A DNA stretch of 64,000 nucleotides from Lutibacter sp. (GTDB taxonomy: Bacteria; Bacteroidota; Bacteroidia; Flavobacteriales; Flavobacteriaceae): contig DATCUQ010000020.1 in assembly GCA_036567345.1 (NCBI GenBank), positions 48,742 to 112,741 of the forward strand, read 5' to 3'. The translations under genes were made by a program, and so were the position numbers. The first letter of the stretch is position 1. Every line of letters begins with the position of its first letter. Positions 55,706-64,000 of this stretch are shown piece by piece. The notes beneath the pieces were generated by a model. The model did no database searches, had not been told where the DNA came from, and was given only the letters and a program-made list of their open reading frames with translations.

Positions 55706-57775
55706 ATGAACAAACTATTTTTAAGTTTTCTGCTGTTGCTTACTTCCATTTCCGGATTTTCCCAAATAGAAAAATACCCTGTTTTTGAAGTATGCGACAC
55801 CGCTGTTATTGCTGAATTGCAGACTTGTTTCAGAAATCAGCTCAAAAATGCGGTGATTGCAGAATTCAAGATTCCTGAAACTTTAAATAAAGACCAATAT
55901 AAAGCAACCACCAATATTATTTTTTTAGTGGATGCAACAGGAAATTTTAAAGTTATCTATGTAAATTCTCCCTACAAGGAATTAAAGACCGAAGTTGAAC
56001 GTGTTTTTGCGACACTCCCAACAATTACACCGGCAAAATATAACAACCACGCAATAGAAATGCAGTTTGTTTTTCCTTTAAAAATTCCTTTGGAAGACAA
56101 TTCGGAAGATGAAATTACCCAAAAAGAAGTTATTGTGGCAGAAGCACTTCCTAAGAAACAGGAAGATTTAACGCTTGATGAACCAAAAATCACGTTGTTT
56201 CCAGAGCACAAAAGCGAATTACAAATTCCTTTTACGCATACAACTTACAATGAATACGACGCATATTTAAATAATGCCGACAATTCTCATACGGCCGTAA
56301 AGCCGTATTTGTACAATGAAGTTCGCGAATATGTGGATTTGGATGCATTGAAAAACAAGTTAATCACGCCAAAATCGACTTGGTTTGGCCGCAAATTGTT
56401 CAATGAACATATGGTGTATATTCAGGGAAAAGATTTTTGGTTTACCATCAACCCAATGGTCGATTTGCAATTGGGGAAAGACAGTGAAGGCGTTAAAACG
56501 TACAACAACACACGTGCCATTCAGGTAAACGGCGCAATTGGCAAAACGCTAAGTTTTTCAACGAGTTTTTATGAAAGTCAGGGCCGGTTTGCCAATTATG
56601 TAAACGAATATGCCGAATCCATAAAACCTTCCGGCGGAAATCCGGCAATCATTCCCGGACGCGGTATTGCCAAACCATTTCAGGAAGATGCTTATGATTA
56701 TCCGGTCGCGGAAGCTTATATTTCCTATACGCCGAGCAATCATTTTAACTTTCAGTTTGGTCGCGGCAAAAACTTTATAGGCGATGGATATCGTTCTTTA
56801 TTTTTGTCCGATGTGGCATCACCTTATCCGTATTTTAAAATTTCCACCAATTTTTGGAAGATTAAATACACCAATTTTTTTATGTGGATGCAGGACGTAA
56901 GACCTGAATTGACGGTTGACGGCGCTTACAAACAAAAATATATGGCGATGCATTATTTGGATTGGAACGTCACAAAAAAATTCAATATCGGATTGTTTGA
57001 AGCGGTTATTTGGGATGATGCAAACGACAGAGGTTTCGATATCACTTATGTAAATCCGCTCATCTTTTATTCCGCAGTGGAGTTTGCCACTGGTTCAAGA
57101 GCGGGAAATACAACGCTCGGACTTAGTTTAAAATACAAAATGAAAGCGATTACATTTTATTCCCAATTTTTGCTAGACGATTTTAGGGTAAGCGAAATGA
57201 CCAGCAGCAACGGCTGGTGGGCCAATAAATTTGGCGCGCAGTTTGGCGTAAAATATTACAATGCATTTCATGTGGAAAATTTATTCCTGCAGGCCGAATT
57301 CAATGCGGTGCGCCCTTATACCTATTCCCATGATGAATTGAATTATAATTTTGGACATAACAACCAACCGTTGGCGCATTTATGGGGCGCTAATTTTAGG
57401 GAAGCGGTCGGAATTATGAATTACACCAAAAACCGCTGGTTTGCAAACGCAAAAATAGTGGTTGGCAAAAAAGGATTTGATTTTGCTGACGGAACAGATA
57501 CAAAAAGTTATGGCGGCGATATTTTTGCTGATAATGATGATCGGGTTTCAGATTATGGCAATAAGATTGGTCAGGGAAATGTAGCCAATGTTTTTATAGG
57601 CGATTTGCAGTTGGGTTATTTGGTGAATCCTGCCACCAATTTAAAATTATTTGGCGGTTTAAACTATAGAAAATTTGATCCAACAGCGCCGGCCAAAGGT
57701 TTTTCGGCATCAAATTCCACCTGGATTTCCTTCGGATTGAAAACCGATGTATTCAATTGGTATTTTGATTTTTAA
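55706..57775 (+). CDS. outer-membrane beta-barrel protein with N-terminal TonB_C-like domain (Wzi/RemB-like, tentative)
   Basis: Signal peptide. The C-terminal half has an alternating beta-strand pattern and ends in WYFDF. Confidence 0.5.
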   Translation: MNKLFLSFLLLLTSISGFSQIEKYPVFEVCDTAVIAELQTCFRNQLKNAVIAEFKIPETLNKDQYKATTNIIFLVDATGNFKVIYVNSPYKELKTEVERVFATLPTITPAKYNNHAIEMQFVFPLKIPLEDNSEDEITQKEVIVAEALPKKQEDLTLDEPKITLFPEHKSELQIPFTHTTYNEYDAYLNNADNSHTAVKPYLYNEVREYVDLDALKNKLITPKSTWFGRKLFNEHMVYIQGKDFWFTINPMVDLQLGKDSEGVKTYNNTRAIQVNGAIGKTLSFSTSFYESQGRFANYVNEYAESIKPSGGNPAIIPGRGIAKPFQEDAYDYPVAEAYISYTPSNHFNFQFGRGKNFIGDGYRSLFLSDVASPYPYFKISTNFWKIKYTNFFMWMQDVRPELTVDGAYKQKYMAMHYLDWNVTKKFNIGLFEAVIWDDANDRGFDITYVNPLIFYSAVEFATGSRAGNTTLGLSLKYKMKAITFYSQFLLDDFRVSEMTSSNGWWANKFGAQFGVKYYNAFHVENLFLQAEFNAVRPYTYSHDELNYNFGHNNQPLAHLWGANFREAVGIMNYTKNRWFANAKIVVGKKGFDFADGTDTKSYGGDIFADNDDRVSDYGNKIGQGNVANVFIGDLQLGYLVNPATNLKLFGGLNYRKFDPTAPAKGFSASNSTWISFGLKTDVFNWYFDF

Positions 57776-57796
57776 GACGATCATACAAAATCAAAT

Positions 57797-57840
57797 CAAA
57801 AAAAAACCGGAATTTCTATAATTGAAATCCCGACTTTTTT
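57797..57840. terminator. weak bidirectional hairpin
   Basis: AAAAAAAACCGGAATTTC...GAAATCCCGACTTTTTT, with an imperfect stem. Confidence 0.35.
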
Positions 57841-57857
57841 CGTCTTTGGGTTATTTT

Positions 57858-59135
57858 TTACATTCCGGTGGTTTCAAAAAATTCTTTTTCAATGGCTTCC
57901 CTATGATCGGGATGCGCAATTTTTACCAGTTCTTTTACCCGTTGTTTAATGGTTTTTCCATATAAATTGGCAACGCCATATTCGCTAACAATATATTGAA
58001 CGTGTGCTCTGGTGGTTACAACTCCCGCACCTTTATTTAAAAATGGCACAATGCGGCTAATTCCATTTTGGGTCATTGACGGTATGGCGATAATGGCTTT
58101 TCCGCCTTCGCTTAAACTGGCGCCTCTTATAAAATCCATTTGTCCGCCAACGCCTGAATACAATCTTGTTCCAATAGAATCGGCACAAACTTGTCCGGTT
58201 AAATCAACTTGAATTGCCGAATTTATCGAAATCATTCTTGGGTTTTGCTTGATTACGGAAACATCATTCACGTAATTGCATGATCGCAATTCAACAAACG
58301 GATTGTCATCCACATAATCGTACAACCGTTTGGATCCCATTAAAAATGTGGCCAAGGCCCTGCCGGCATTTACGCCTTTATAATTGCCGTTAATTACATT
58401 TTTTAAAATCAAATCAATAACGCCATCGGAAAACATTTCGGTGTGCAAGCCTAAATCCTTATGATTGCCCAATTTGTGCAAAACAGCATTTGGAATGCTT
58501 CCAATACCCATTTGCAAGGTACTTCTGTCTTCAATCAATTCAGCAATAAAACCGCCAATTTTATCTTCTGTGGGTGTTGGTTCTGCCAAAGTATGCTGGT
58601 GAATGGGCAGATTTACTTCAACAAAAGTGTCCAGTTCAGAAATATGAATGATGCCTTCGCCGTGAACCCGCGGCATTTGCTCGTTTATTTGGGCAATTAC
58701 GTGCTTTGCATTGTCTATAACCGCCAAAGTGGCTTCCAGCGAAACCCCAAGAGAACAATAACCGTGCTTGTCGGGTGTAGAAACCTGAATCAGGGCTACA
58801 TCAACAGGAAGGATATTTCGTTTAAATAAATTGGGAACTTCACTTAAAAATACCGGCGTGTAGGAACCATTTCCGGCTTTAAGGGTATGGCGCACGTTTG
58901 CGCCGATAAAAAGCGAATTAACGTGAAAACTGTCTTTGTATTTTGGGTCGGCGTAAGGCGCTTCGCCTTCGGTGTGCAAGTGACAAACTTCTACGCCACG
59001 AAGTTCTTCGTGTCGCGCCGCCATGGCATTAATCAATTCTTGTGGTGCTGCGGCTGCCGCTTGAATATATATTCTGTCGTGTGATTTTATAACTTTTACA
59101 GCTTCTGCTGCGCTAACGGCTTTATAGATAAACAT
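57858..59135 (-). CDS. acetyl-CoA hydrolase/transferase family protein
   Basis: Family-typical two-domain layout. The ATG at 59135 is preferred; the track start is 59156. Confidence 0.85.
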   Translation of the reverse strand: MFIYKAVSAAEAVKVIKSHDRIYIQAAAAAPQELINAMAARHEELRGVEVCHLHTEGEAPYADPKYKDSFHVNSLFIGANVRHTLKAGNGSYTPVFLSEVPNLFKRNILPVDVALIQVSTPDKHGYCSLGVSLEATLAVIDNAKHVIAQINEQMPRVHGEGIIHISELDTFVEVNLPIHQHTLAEPTPTEDKIGGFIAELIEDRSTLQMGIGSIPNAVLHKLGNHKDLGLHTEMFSDGVIDLILKNVINGNYKGVNAGRALATFLMGSKRLYDYVDDNPFVELRSCNYVNDVSVIKQNPRMISINSAIQVDLTGQVCADSIGTRLYSGVGGQMDFIRGASLSEGGKAIIAIPSMTQNGISRIVPFLNKGAGVVTTRAHVQYIVSEYGVANLYGKTIKQRVKELVKIAHPDHREAIEKEFFETTGM

Positions 59136-59264
59136 AAGTCGAATAATTTTCGCCAAATGTACAATTGATTTTAGCTAAAAAAACTGTTTTAAATCATTTT
59201 TTAGACTATTTTTTGATGAGGGGTTTTTTCAGAAAAATCAAGTATAAAAATTATTTTTTTGAAG

Positions 59265-59272
59265 TACCTTTG
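59265..59272 (+). promoter_or_regulatory. Bacteroidetes -7 box (TACCTTTG) upstream of map
   Basis: 21 nt before the ATG at 59294. It supports the shorter map start. Confidence 0.45.
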
Positions 59273-59293
59273 CAGCATAAATTTTATGATAAA

Positions 59294-60103
59294 ATGATAA
59301 AACTTAAAACGAGAGCCGAAATTGAACTGATGCGTGAAAGCGCCCTGATCGTGTCAAAAACTTTAGGGATTTTGGCCAAAGAAGTAAAACCAGGCGTTAG
59401 CACTTTATATTTAGATAAATTGGCCGACGAGTTTATAAGAGACCAAGGTGCTTTTCCAGGTTTTTTAGGAATGTACGGTTTTCCAAATGCTTTATGCATG
59501 AGTCCGAATGCCCAAATTGTTCACGGAATTCCAAATGATAAACCATTGCAGGAAGGCGATATTATTTCCATTGATTGCGGTGCTTTAAAAAACGGATTTT
59601 ACGGTGATCACGCCTATACTTTTGAAGTTGGGGAAGTGGCCGATGAAACCAAAAAATTGTTGAAAATAACCAAAGAAAGTCTGTATATGGGAATCCGTGA
59701 GTTTAAAGCCGGTAACAGGGTTGGTGATGTGGGTTATGCCATTCAACATTATTGTGAAAAGCACGGTTACGGAATTGTTAGGGAATTGGTTGGCCATGGT
59801 TTAGGGAAAGCAATGCATGAAGATCCCGAAATGCCAAATTATGGATTCAGGGGAAGAGGTAAAAAATTTACGGAAGGAATGGTGGTTGCCATAGAACCTA
59901 TGGTGAATTTGGGAACGCACCAAATTAATCAATTAAAAGATGGCTGGACCATTTTAACTAAAGACGGCAAACCAAGTGCGCATTTTGAGCACGATGTTGC
60001 CATTATAAACGGAAAACCTGAATTACTTTCTACTTTCAGCTATATTTATGAGGCTTTGGGAATTGAAAGTGATGAAGAAAATGAGTTTAAACAGAAAATT
60101 TAG
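59294..60103 (+). CDS. map: type I methionine aminopeptidase
   Basis: MIKLKTRAEIELMRES start, with DCGALKNGFYGDHAYTF and HGLG metal-ligand motifs. Confidence 0.92.
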   Translation: MIKLKTRAEIELMRESALIVSKTLGILAKEVKPGVSTLYLDKLADEFIRDQGAFPGFLGMYGFPNALCMSPNAQIVHGIPNDKPLQEGDIISIDCGALKNGFYGDHAYTFEVGEVADETKKLLKITKESLYMGIREFKAGNRVGDVGYAIQHYCEKHGYGIVRELVGHGLGKAMHEDPEMPNYGFRGRGKKFTEGMVVAIEPMVNLGTHQINQLKDGWTILTKDGKPSAHFEHDVAIINGKPELLSTFSYIYEALGIESDEENEFKQKI

Positions 60104-60108
60104 GTCAA

Positions 60109-60426
60109 ATGATTCAGGATATTTCCAAAATTGAACAGAAAGAAATCATCAAAGGTTTTAACGGGCGCTTTTTTCACACAAACAGTTTCACCATTGCTTT
60201 TTGGGAGATAGAAGAAGGTTCCATTTTACCCGAACATTCACATATTCACGAGCAATCAACCCAAGTAATTGAGGGAAAACTGGAAATGCTTATTAATGGT
60301 GTCACTACAGTTTTGGAAGCGGGAATGATTGCCAACATTCCTTCAAATGTTATTCATAGCGGCAAGGCGTTAACAAATTGCAAAGTGACTGACGTTTTTT
60401 CTCCAACTAGGGAAGACTATAAATAA
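60109..60426 (+). CDS. cupin domain protein
   Basis: 105 aa with the HSHIHEQ..V.EG cupin motif. Confidence 0.75.
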   Translation: MIQDISKIEQKEIIKGFNGRFFHTNSFTIAFWEIEEGSILPEHSHIHEQSTQVIEGKLEMLINGVTTVLEAGMIANIPSNVIHSGKALTNCKVTDVFSPTREDYK

Positions 60427-61191
60427 GTGGAAGGATTATTCAAATTCATACTCAATAAAATACCGCGACCAATACTTATAAAAGTGAGTTATTGGGTAAG
60501 TCCGTTCTTGGCAATTTACTTAAAAGGTTCTCGCTTTACCGATCCAATTGACGGCAAAAGTTTCAGAAAGTTTTTGCCTTATGGCTACGGAAAGCAGCGT
60601 AAAAACGCGTTGGCGCCGGGCACGCTTTCATTGGAGCGGCACAGATTGTTGTGGCTGTATATAAAAAATGAAACCGATTTTTTTACGGCACCAAAAAAGG
60701 TTTTGCATATTGCGCCCGAGCAATGTTTTTTAAAACGGTTTAAAAACCTTGAGAATTTAGATTATTTAACAGCCGATTTATATTCTCCCATTGTTGATGT
60801 AAAAGCGGATATCTGTGATTTGCCTTTTGATGAAAATACCTTTGATGTCATTTTTTGCAACCATGTTTTGGAGCATATTGAGGATGATAAAAAAGCAATG
60901 AGCGAATTGTACCGAGTTTTAAAACCCGGCGGAATGGGGATTTTTCAAATTCCGCAAGATTTAGGCCGAGAAAAAACCTATGAAGATTTTTCTATTACCA
61001 ATCCTGAAGAGCGCACCAAACATTTTGGGCAATATGACCACGTTCGTGTTTATGGCAAAGATTATTTTGACCGTTTGCGTGCCGTTGGTTTTAAGGTGGA
61101 AGAAGTAAATTATTCAGAAAAAATTTCTTCGGAACTTATTGAAAAATACTGTTTAACGAAAAACGAAATTTTGCCTGTTTGTTATAAATAA
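60427..61191 (+). CDS. class I SAM-dependent methyltransferase
   Basis: VLHIAPE...FDVIFCNHVLEHI...LKPGG pattern. GTG start. Confidence 0.8.
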   Translation: MEGLFKFILNKIPRPILIKVSYWVSPFLAIYLKGSRFTDPIDGKSFRKFLPYGYGKQRKNALAPGTLSLERHRLLWLYIKNETDFFTAPKKVLHIAPEQCFLKRFKNLENLDYLTADLYSPIVDVKADICDLPFDENTFDVIFCNHVLEHIEDDKKAMSELYRVLKPGGMGIFQIPQDLGREKTYEDFSITNPEERTKHFGQYDHVRVYGKDYFDRLRAVGFKVEEVNYSEKISSELIEKYCLTKNEILPVCYK

Positions 61192-61263
61192 ATTAATTGT
61201 TATAATTAATCAAGCCTTGAATTTGGAATGTTTAGAGTTGTTTTAATTTAACTCACTTTAAAA

Positions 61264-61303
61264 ACTTTAGCGCACTTTAGGCACTCCAAGTACTTTAGGC
61301 ACT
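61264..61303. repeat. CTTTAGGCAC-type word repeat
   Basis: ACTTTAGCGCACTTTAGGCACTCCAAGTACTTTAGGCAC, abutting the apbE stop. Confidence 0.55.
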
Positions 61304-61305
61304 AC

Positions 61306-62298
61306 TTATTTGTCGAAATTGTCGGATTTATAAGTCTGCATTTCACCTTTATCATCTACATAAATCAGAAAGGCTTTTAATTCTGGATGGCTTTTTAAAA
61401 ATATTTTGGATTTCTCAAATCCCATTTCCATAAAAGCCGTTGCGTAAGCGTCAACATCGGCACAATCCGATTTTGAAATTACTGATGCGCTCAGCAAATT
61501 GCTCTCTTTGGCATAGCCTGTTTTCGGATTTATGGTGTGCACATATTTTGTGCCGTCTTCTTTAACTTTGAATTTCCGGTAATTTCCGGAAGTGGCAATG
61601 GATTCATTTTTAAGTTCAATAACGGTGGCAAAAGAACGGCTTCCGTCTGTATTCGGATTTTCAATGGCTATTTTCCAAGGCAATCCTTTTTCATTTTTGC
61701 CTCTTGCCCTAATTTCGCCGCCAATTTCAACCATATAATTTGCGACGCCGTTTTTTTCAAACATTCGGCTCACCATATCAACCAGGTAACCTTTTGCGAT
61801 GGCATTAAAATCCAAATAAATTTCCGGATATAATTTTTTTATTTTCCCGTTTTCGAGCCGTACTTTGTCATAACCAACAAAATTTAAGAGTGCCGCTACT
61901 GTTACGGAATCCATATTTTCAATGGGTTTTTCTGGACCAAATCCCCAGGCATTCACTAAAATGCCAACTGTTGGATCGAAAGCGCCTTCAGTTTCTTTGT
62001 AAATTTTTTCCGATTTTATGAATACCTCCTGTAAATTGGCATCTGCAAAAACAGTTGTGTCGCCTATATTTATTTTTGAAAGATCTGAAGTTGGGATATA
62101 AGTGGAAGCCGATTTGTTTATGGCAGCAATTAAACTGTCTATTTTGGTTTCATAATTATGGGCTCCAGCATCCAAATAACGGATTGTAAATGTGGTTCCA
62201 ATCGCATTTCCTTCAATTATTTTTAAGTCGGTTTTGGTGTCTTCACAAGATGAAAATGCGACAAAAAGTAAAATAATCAGATAATTTTTCATGGTCAT
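61306..62298 (-). CDS. apbE: FAD:protein FMN transferase (ApbE) lipoprotein
   Basis: Lipobox AFSSC with the family-typical AIAKGY and SGNYRKF motifs. It lies near nqrF. Confidence 0.88.
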   Translation of the reverse strand: MTMKNYLIILLFVAFSSCEDTKTDLKIIEGNAIGTTFTIRYLDAGAHNYETKIDSLIAAINKSASTYIPTSDLSKINIGDTTVFADANLQEVFIKSEKIYKETEGAFDPTVGILVNAWGFGPEKPIENMDSVTVAALLNFVGYDKVRLENGKIKKLYPEIYLDFNAIAKGYLVDMVSRMFEKNGVANYMVEIGGEIRARGKNEKGLPWKIAIENPNTDGSRSFATVIELKNESIATSGNYRKFKVKEDGTKYVHTINPKTGYAKESNLLSASVISKSDCADVDAYATAFMEMGFEKSKIFLKSHPELKAFLIYVDDKGEMQTYKSDNFDK

Positions 62299-62396
62299 AT
62301 TTTAAGTTATAATTGGAGGTGTAAATATAAAACATATTATATCTTAATAAAATCATAAAATCCCCAAAAATGAAATAGAGGCGTTGGTTTTTTTTT

Positions 62397-62404
62397 TATA
62401 TTTG
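62397..62404 (+). promoter_or_regulatory. Bacteroidetes -7 box (TATATTTG)
   Basis: 24 nt before the ATG at 62429. Confidence 0.45.
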
Positions 62405-62428
62405 TTCTTACACTAAATCAATTAAATT

Positions 62429-63268
62429 ATGAGAAAAATAGGAGTAATGATGTTAGTAGCATCTGTTGTTTTAAGTTCATGTGTATCACAAAAGAAATAT
62501 ACTGAATTGGAAAACAACTTTAACAAAACAAGTTCAGAATTGGTTGACACCAAAGCCGATTTAATGAAATGCAGAATTGAAAGTGAAAGCAGATTGAATG
62601 CTTTGAACCAACAAGTGGAAGATTTAAGAAAAGACAAAGAAAAAACATTGGAATATGTTGAAAACTTAACTGTTTTATCTAAATCCGCTTCGGAAAGCAT
62701 CAAAGAAACATTGACTCAAATGGGGAAAAAAGATGAATATATTCAATATATTCAAAAAGCGATTACCCAAAGAGACTCTATGAATTTGGCTTTAGGCTTC
62801 AAATTAAAAAGTGTGTTGAAAGATGGATTTAGCGATGAAGACATTCAAGTTGATGTTGAGAAAACGGTTGTTTATATCTCAATTGCCGACAGATTGTTAT
62901 TTAAAAGCGGAAGCCATGTGATTTCAAATGATGCGAAAAGAGTATTGAAAAAAGTTGCTGACGTTATCGCTGCACAACCTGAATTAGAGGTTATGGTCGA
63001 GGGATATACAGATAATATGCCTATCAATACTTCTGATATGAAAGACAACTGGGATTTAAGTGTAAAACGTTCAACTTCCGTAATTAGAGTTTTACAAAAA
63101 GACTTTAATATTGAACCAAGCCGTTTGATTGCTGCCGGAAGAAGCGAATATATGCCATTACAATCTAATGCCACAGCTGATGGTAGAGCAAGAAACAGAA
63201 GAACACGTATCGTTTTAATGCCTAAATTAGATCAGTTTTTCAAATTACTGGAAAGTAAAGTTGAATAA
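62429..63268 (+). CDS. OmpA/MotB-domain lipoprotein with N-terminal coiled coil
   Basis: Lipobox VLSSC and the C-terminal NWDLSVKRSTSV...GRARNRRTRIVL. Confidence 0.85.
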   Translation: MRKIGVMMLVASVVLSSCVSQKKYTELENNFNKTSSELVDTKADLMKCRIESESRLNALNQQVEDLRKDKEKTLEYVENLTVLSKSASESIKETLTQMGKKDEYIQYIQKAITQRDSMNLALGFKLKSVLKDGFSDEDIQVDVEKTVVYISIADRLLFKSGSHVISNDAKRVLKKVADVIAAQPELEVMVEGYTDNMPINTSDMKDNWDLSVKRSTSVIRVLQKDFNIEPSRLIAAGRSEYMPLQSNATADGRARNRRTRIVLMPKLDQFFKLLESKVE

Positions 63269-63288
63269 TTAACAATATAATTTATTAG

Positions 63289-63318
63289 AAAAAAACACGC
63301 CAAAGGCGTGTTTTTTTG
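63289..63318. terminator. bidirectional intrinsic terminator
   Basis: AAAAAACACGCCAAAGGCGTGTTTTTTTG. Confidence 0.8.
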
Positions 63319-63342
63319 TTTTGTAAATGAGGGGAAATAAGT

Positions 63343-63720
63343 TTAGTTTAATTCCACATCCAATACTTGTAAACCTTCATACTGGAGCAAGTATTCTTCG
63401 TTTAAATGAGGAGCTGAGCCGGGATTGCTTGCCTTGCCCAAACCCACATTTGCAAACAGCACTTTGGCCTTGTTTTTTTGGGCATGCAGTTTAATGGTTT
63501 CCATCCAAATAACATCATAAGGAATATGGTATTCAGAGATTGCGACCACTTTTACGACCACAAAATAACGTATGCTCATTTTATCAATACACACAAACTG
63601 CGGATTCATTTTTAACTGGCTGTTAATGGCAATAAATTCATAGCCTTTGGCCTCCAAGTCTTTGCCAACGATATTCATCGCCAAATTATGCATTTCTTGG
63701 TTTGTAAGTGGTCTGCTCAT
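63343..63720 (-). CDS. hypothetical protein
   Basis: 125-aa ORF downstream of nqrF. No motif recognised. Confidence 0.6.
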   Translation of the reverse strand: MSRPLTNQEMHNLAMNIVGKDLEAKGYEFIAINSQLKMNPQFVCIDKMSIRYFVVVKVVAISEYHIPYDVIWMETIKLHAQKNKAKVLFANVGLGKASNPGSAPHLNEEYLLQYEGLQVLDVELN

Positions 63721-63739
63721 ATTTTAAATGGATTATATA

Positions 63740-63776
63740 AAAAAATCCGACACAAAGGTATCGGATTTAGTTTTTT
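63740..63776 (-). terminator. intrinsic terminator after nqrF
   Basis: ATCCGA...TCGGAT hairpin followed by a T-run on the minus strand. Confidence 0.6.
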
Positions 63777-63796
63777 TGTTTTTTTGATTTTCCGGA

Positions 63797-64000
63797 TTAA
63801 CCTCCAAAGTCATCAAATCTTATATTTTCATCAGCCAAACCAAAATCCTGACCCATTTTTTGAACAGCTTGGTTCATTAACGGCGGTCCGCAAAAATACA
63901 ATTCAATATCTTCAGGAGTTTCGTGTTTTGATAAGTATTCATTAATTACGGCATTGTGCACAAAACCTGTAAATCCGTCTCCTTCACTGTCGTTTATATC
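63797..64000 (-). CDS. nqrF: Na+-translocating NADH:quinone oxidoreductase subunit F, C-terminal 67 codons (gene runs off the window end)
   Basis: My own translation gives ...[56 protein letters not shown]. The ...DDFGG ending matches the NqrF C-terminus as I recall it. Confidence 0.8.
   Translation of the reverse strand, partial: DINDSEGDGFTGFVHNAVINEYLSKHETPEDIELYFCGPPLMNQAVQKMGQDFGLADENIRFDDFGG

Overview
AT-rich, densely coding chromosomal segment of a Flavobacteriia (Bacteroidota) genome. Evidence for the taxon: T9SS C-terminal sorting domains, TAnnTTTG -7 promoter boxes, many lipoprotein signals, and GH3/DUF4254/DUF3108-type conserved genes. About 60 CDS can be supported and most are housekeeping: serS (partial), ribF, pgi, hmgA-hppD, mrp/nifU, trmB, upp, gmk, nadD, mscL, alr, tdk, glyQS, ogt, tatD, deoC, map, apbE, nqrF (partial). 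No rRNA, tRNA, CRISPR array, transposase or integrase was found. Accessory content sits in three places. (1) 1.9-9.5 kb holds a cluster of giant T9SS-secreted proteins, an M12B-like metalloprotease and an endonuclease I, that share a near-identical ~0.79 kb 3' module. (2) 9.5-14.3 kb is the most unusual region. A 1.2-kaa single-chain type IIG/ISP-like restriction-modification gene carries four GC-rich palindromic elements, all in frame. Two of them form an inverted pair that brackets a complete DUF559 (Vsr-fold) nuclease cassette. Directly downstream is a 16-unit 21-bp tandem array that appears to encode a Gly/Gln/Glu/Arg heptad-repeat protein, followed by an unknown 219-aa gene. (3) 40.3-42.7 kb holds a small type II R-M pair with a FokI/NlaIII-like alpha-class m6A methylase. 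Repeat mosaics interrupt the pair, and the methylase overlaps a DUF4254 gene by 4 bp. Several families of short dispersed GC-rich hairpins and 'word' repeats populate the intergenic regions. All calls come from reading the sequence and ORF translations. No database search was run.
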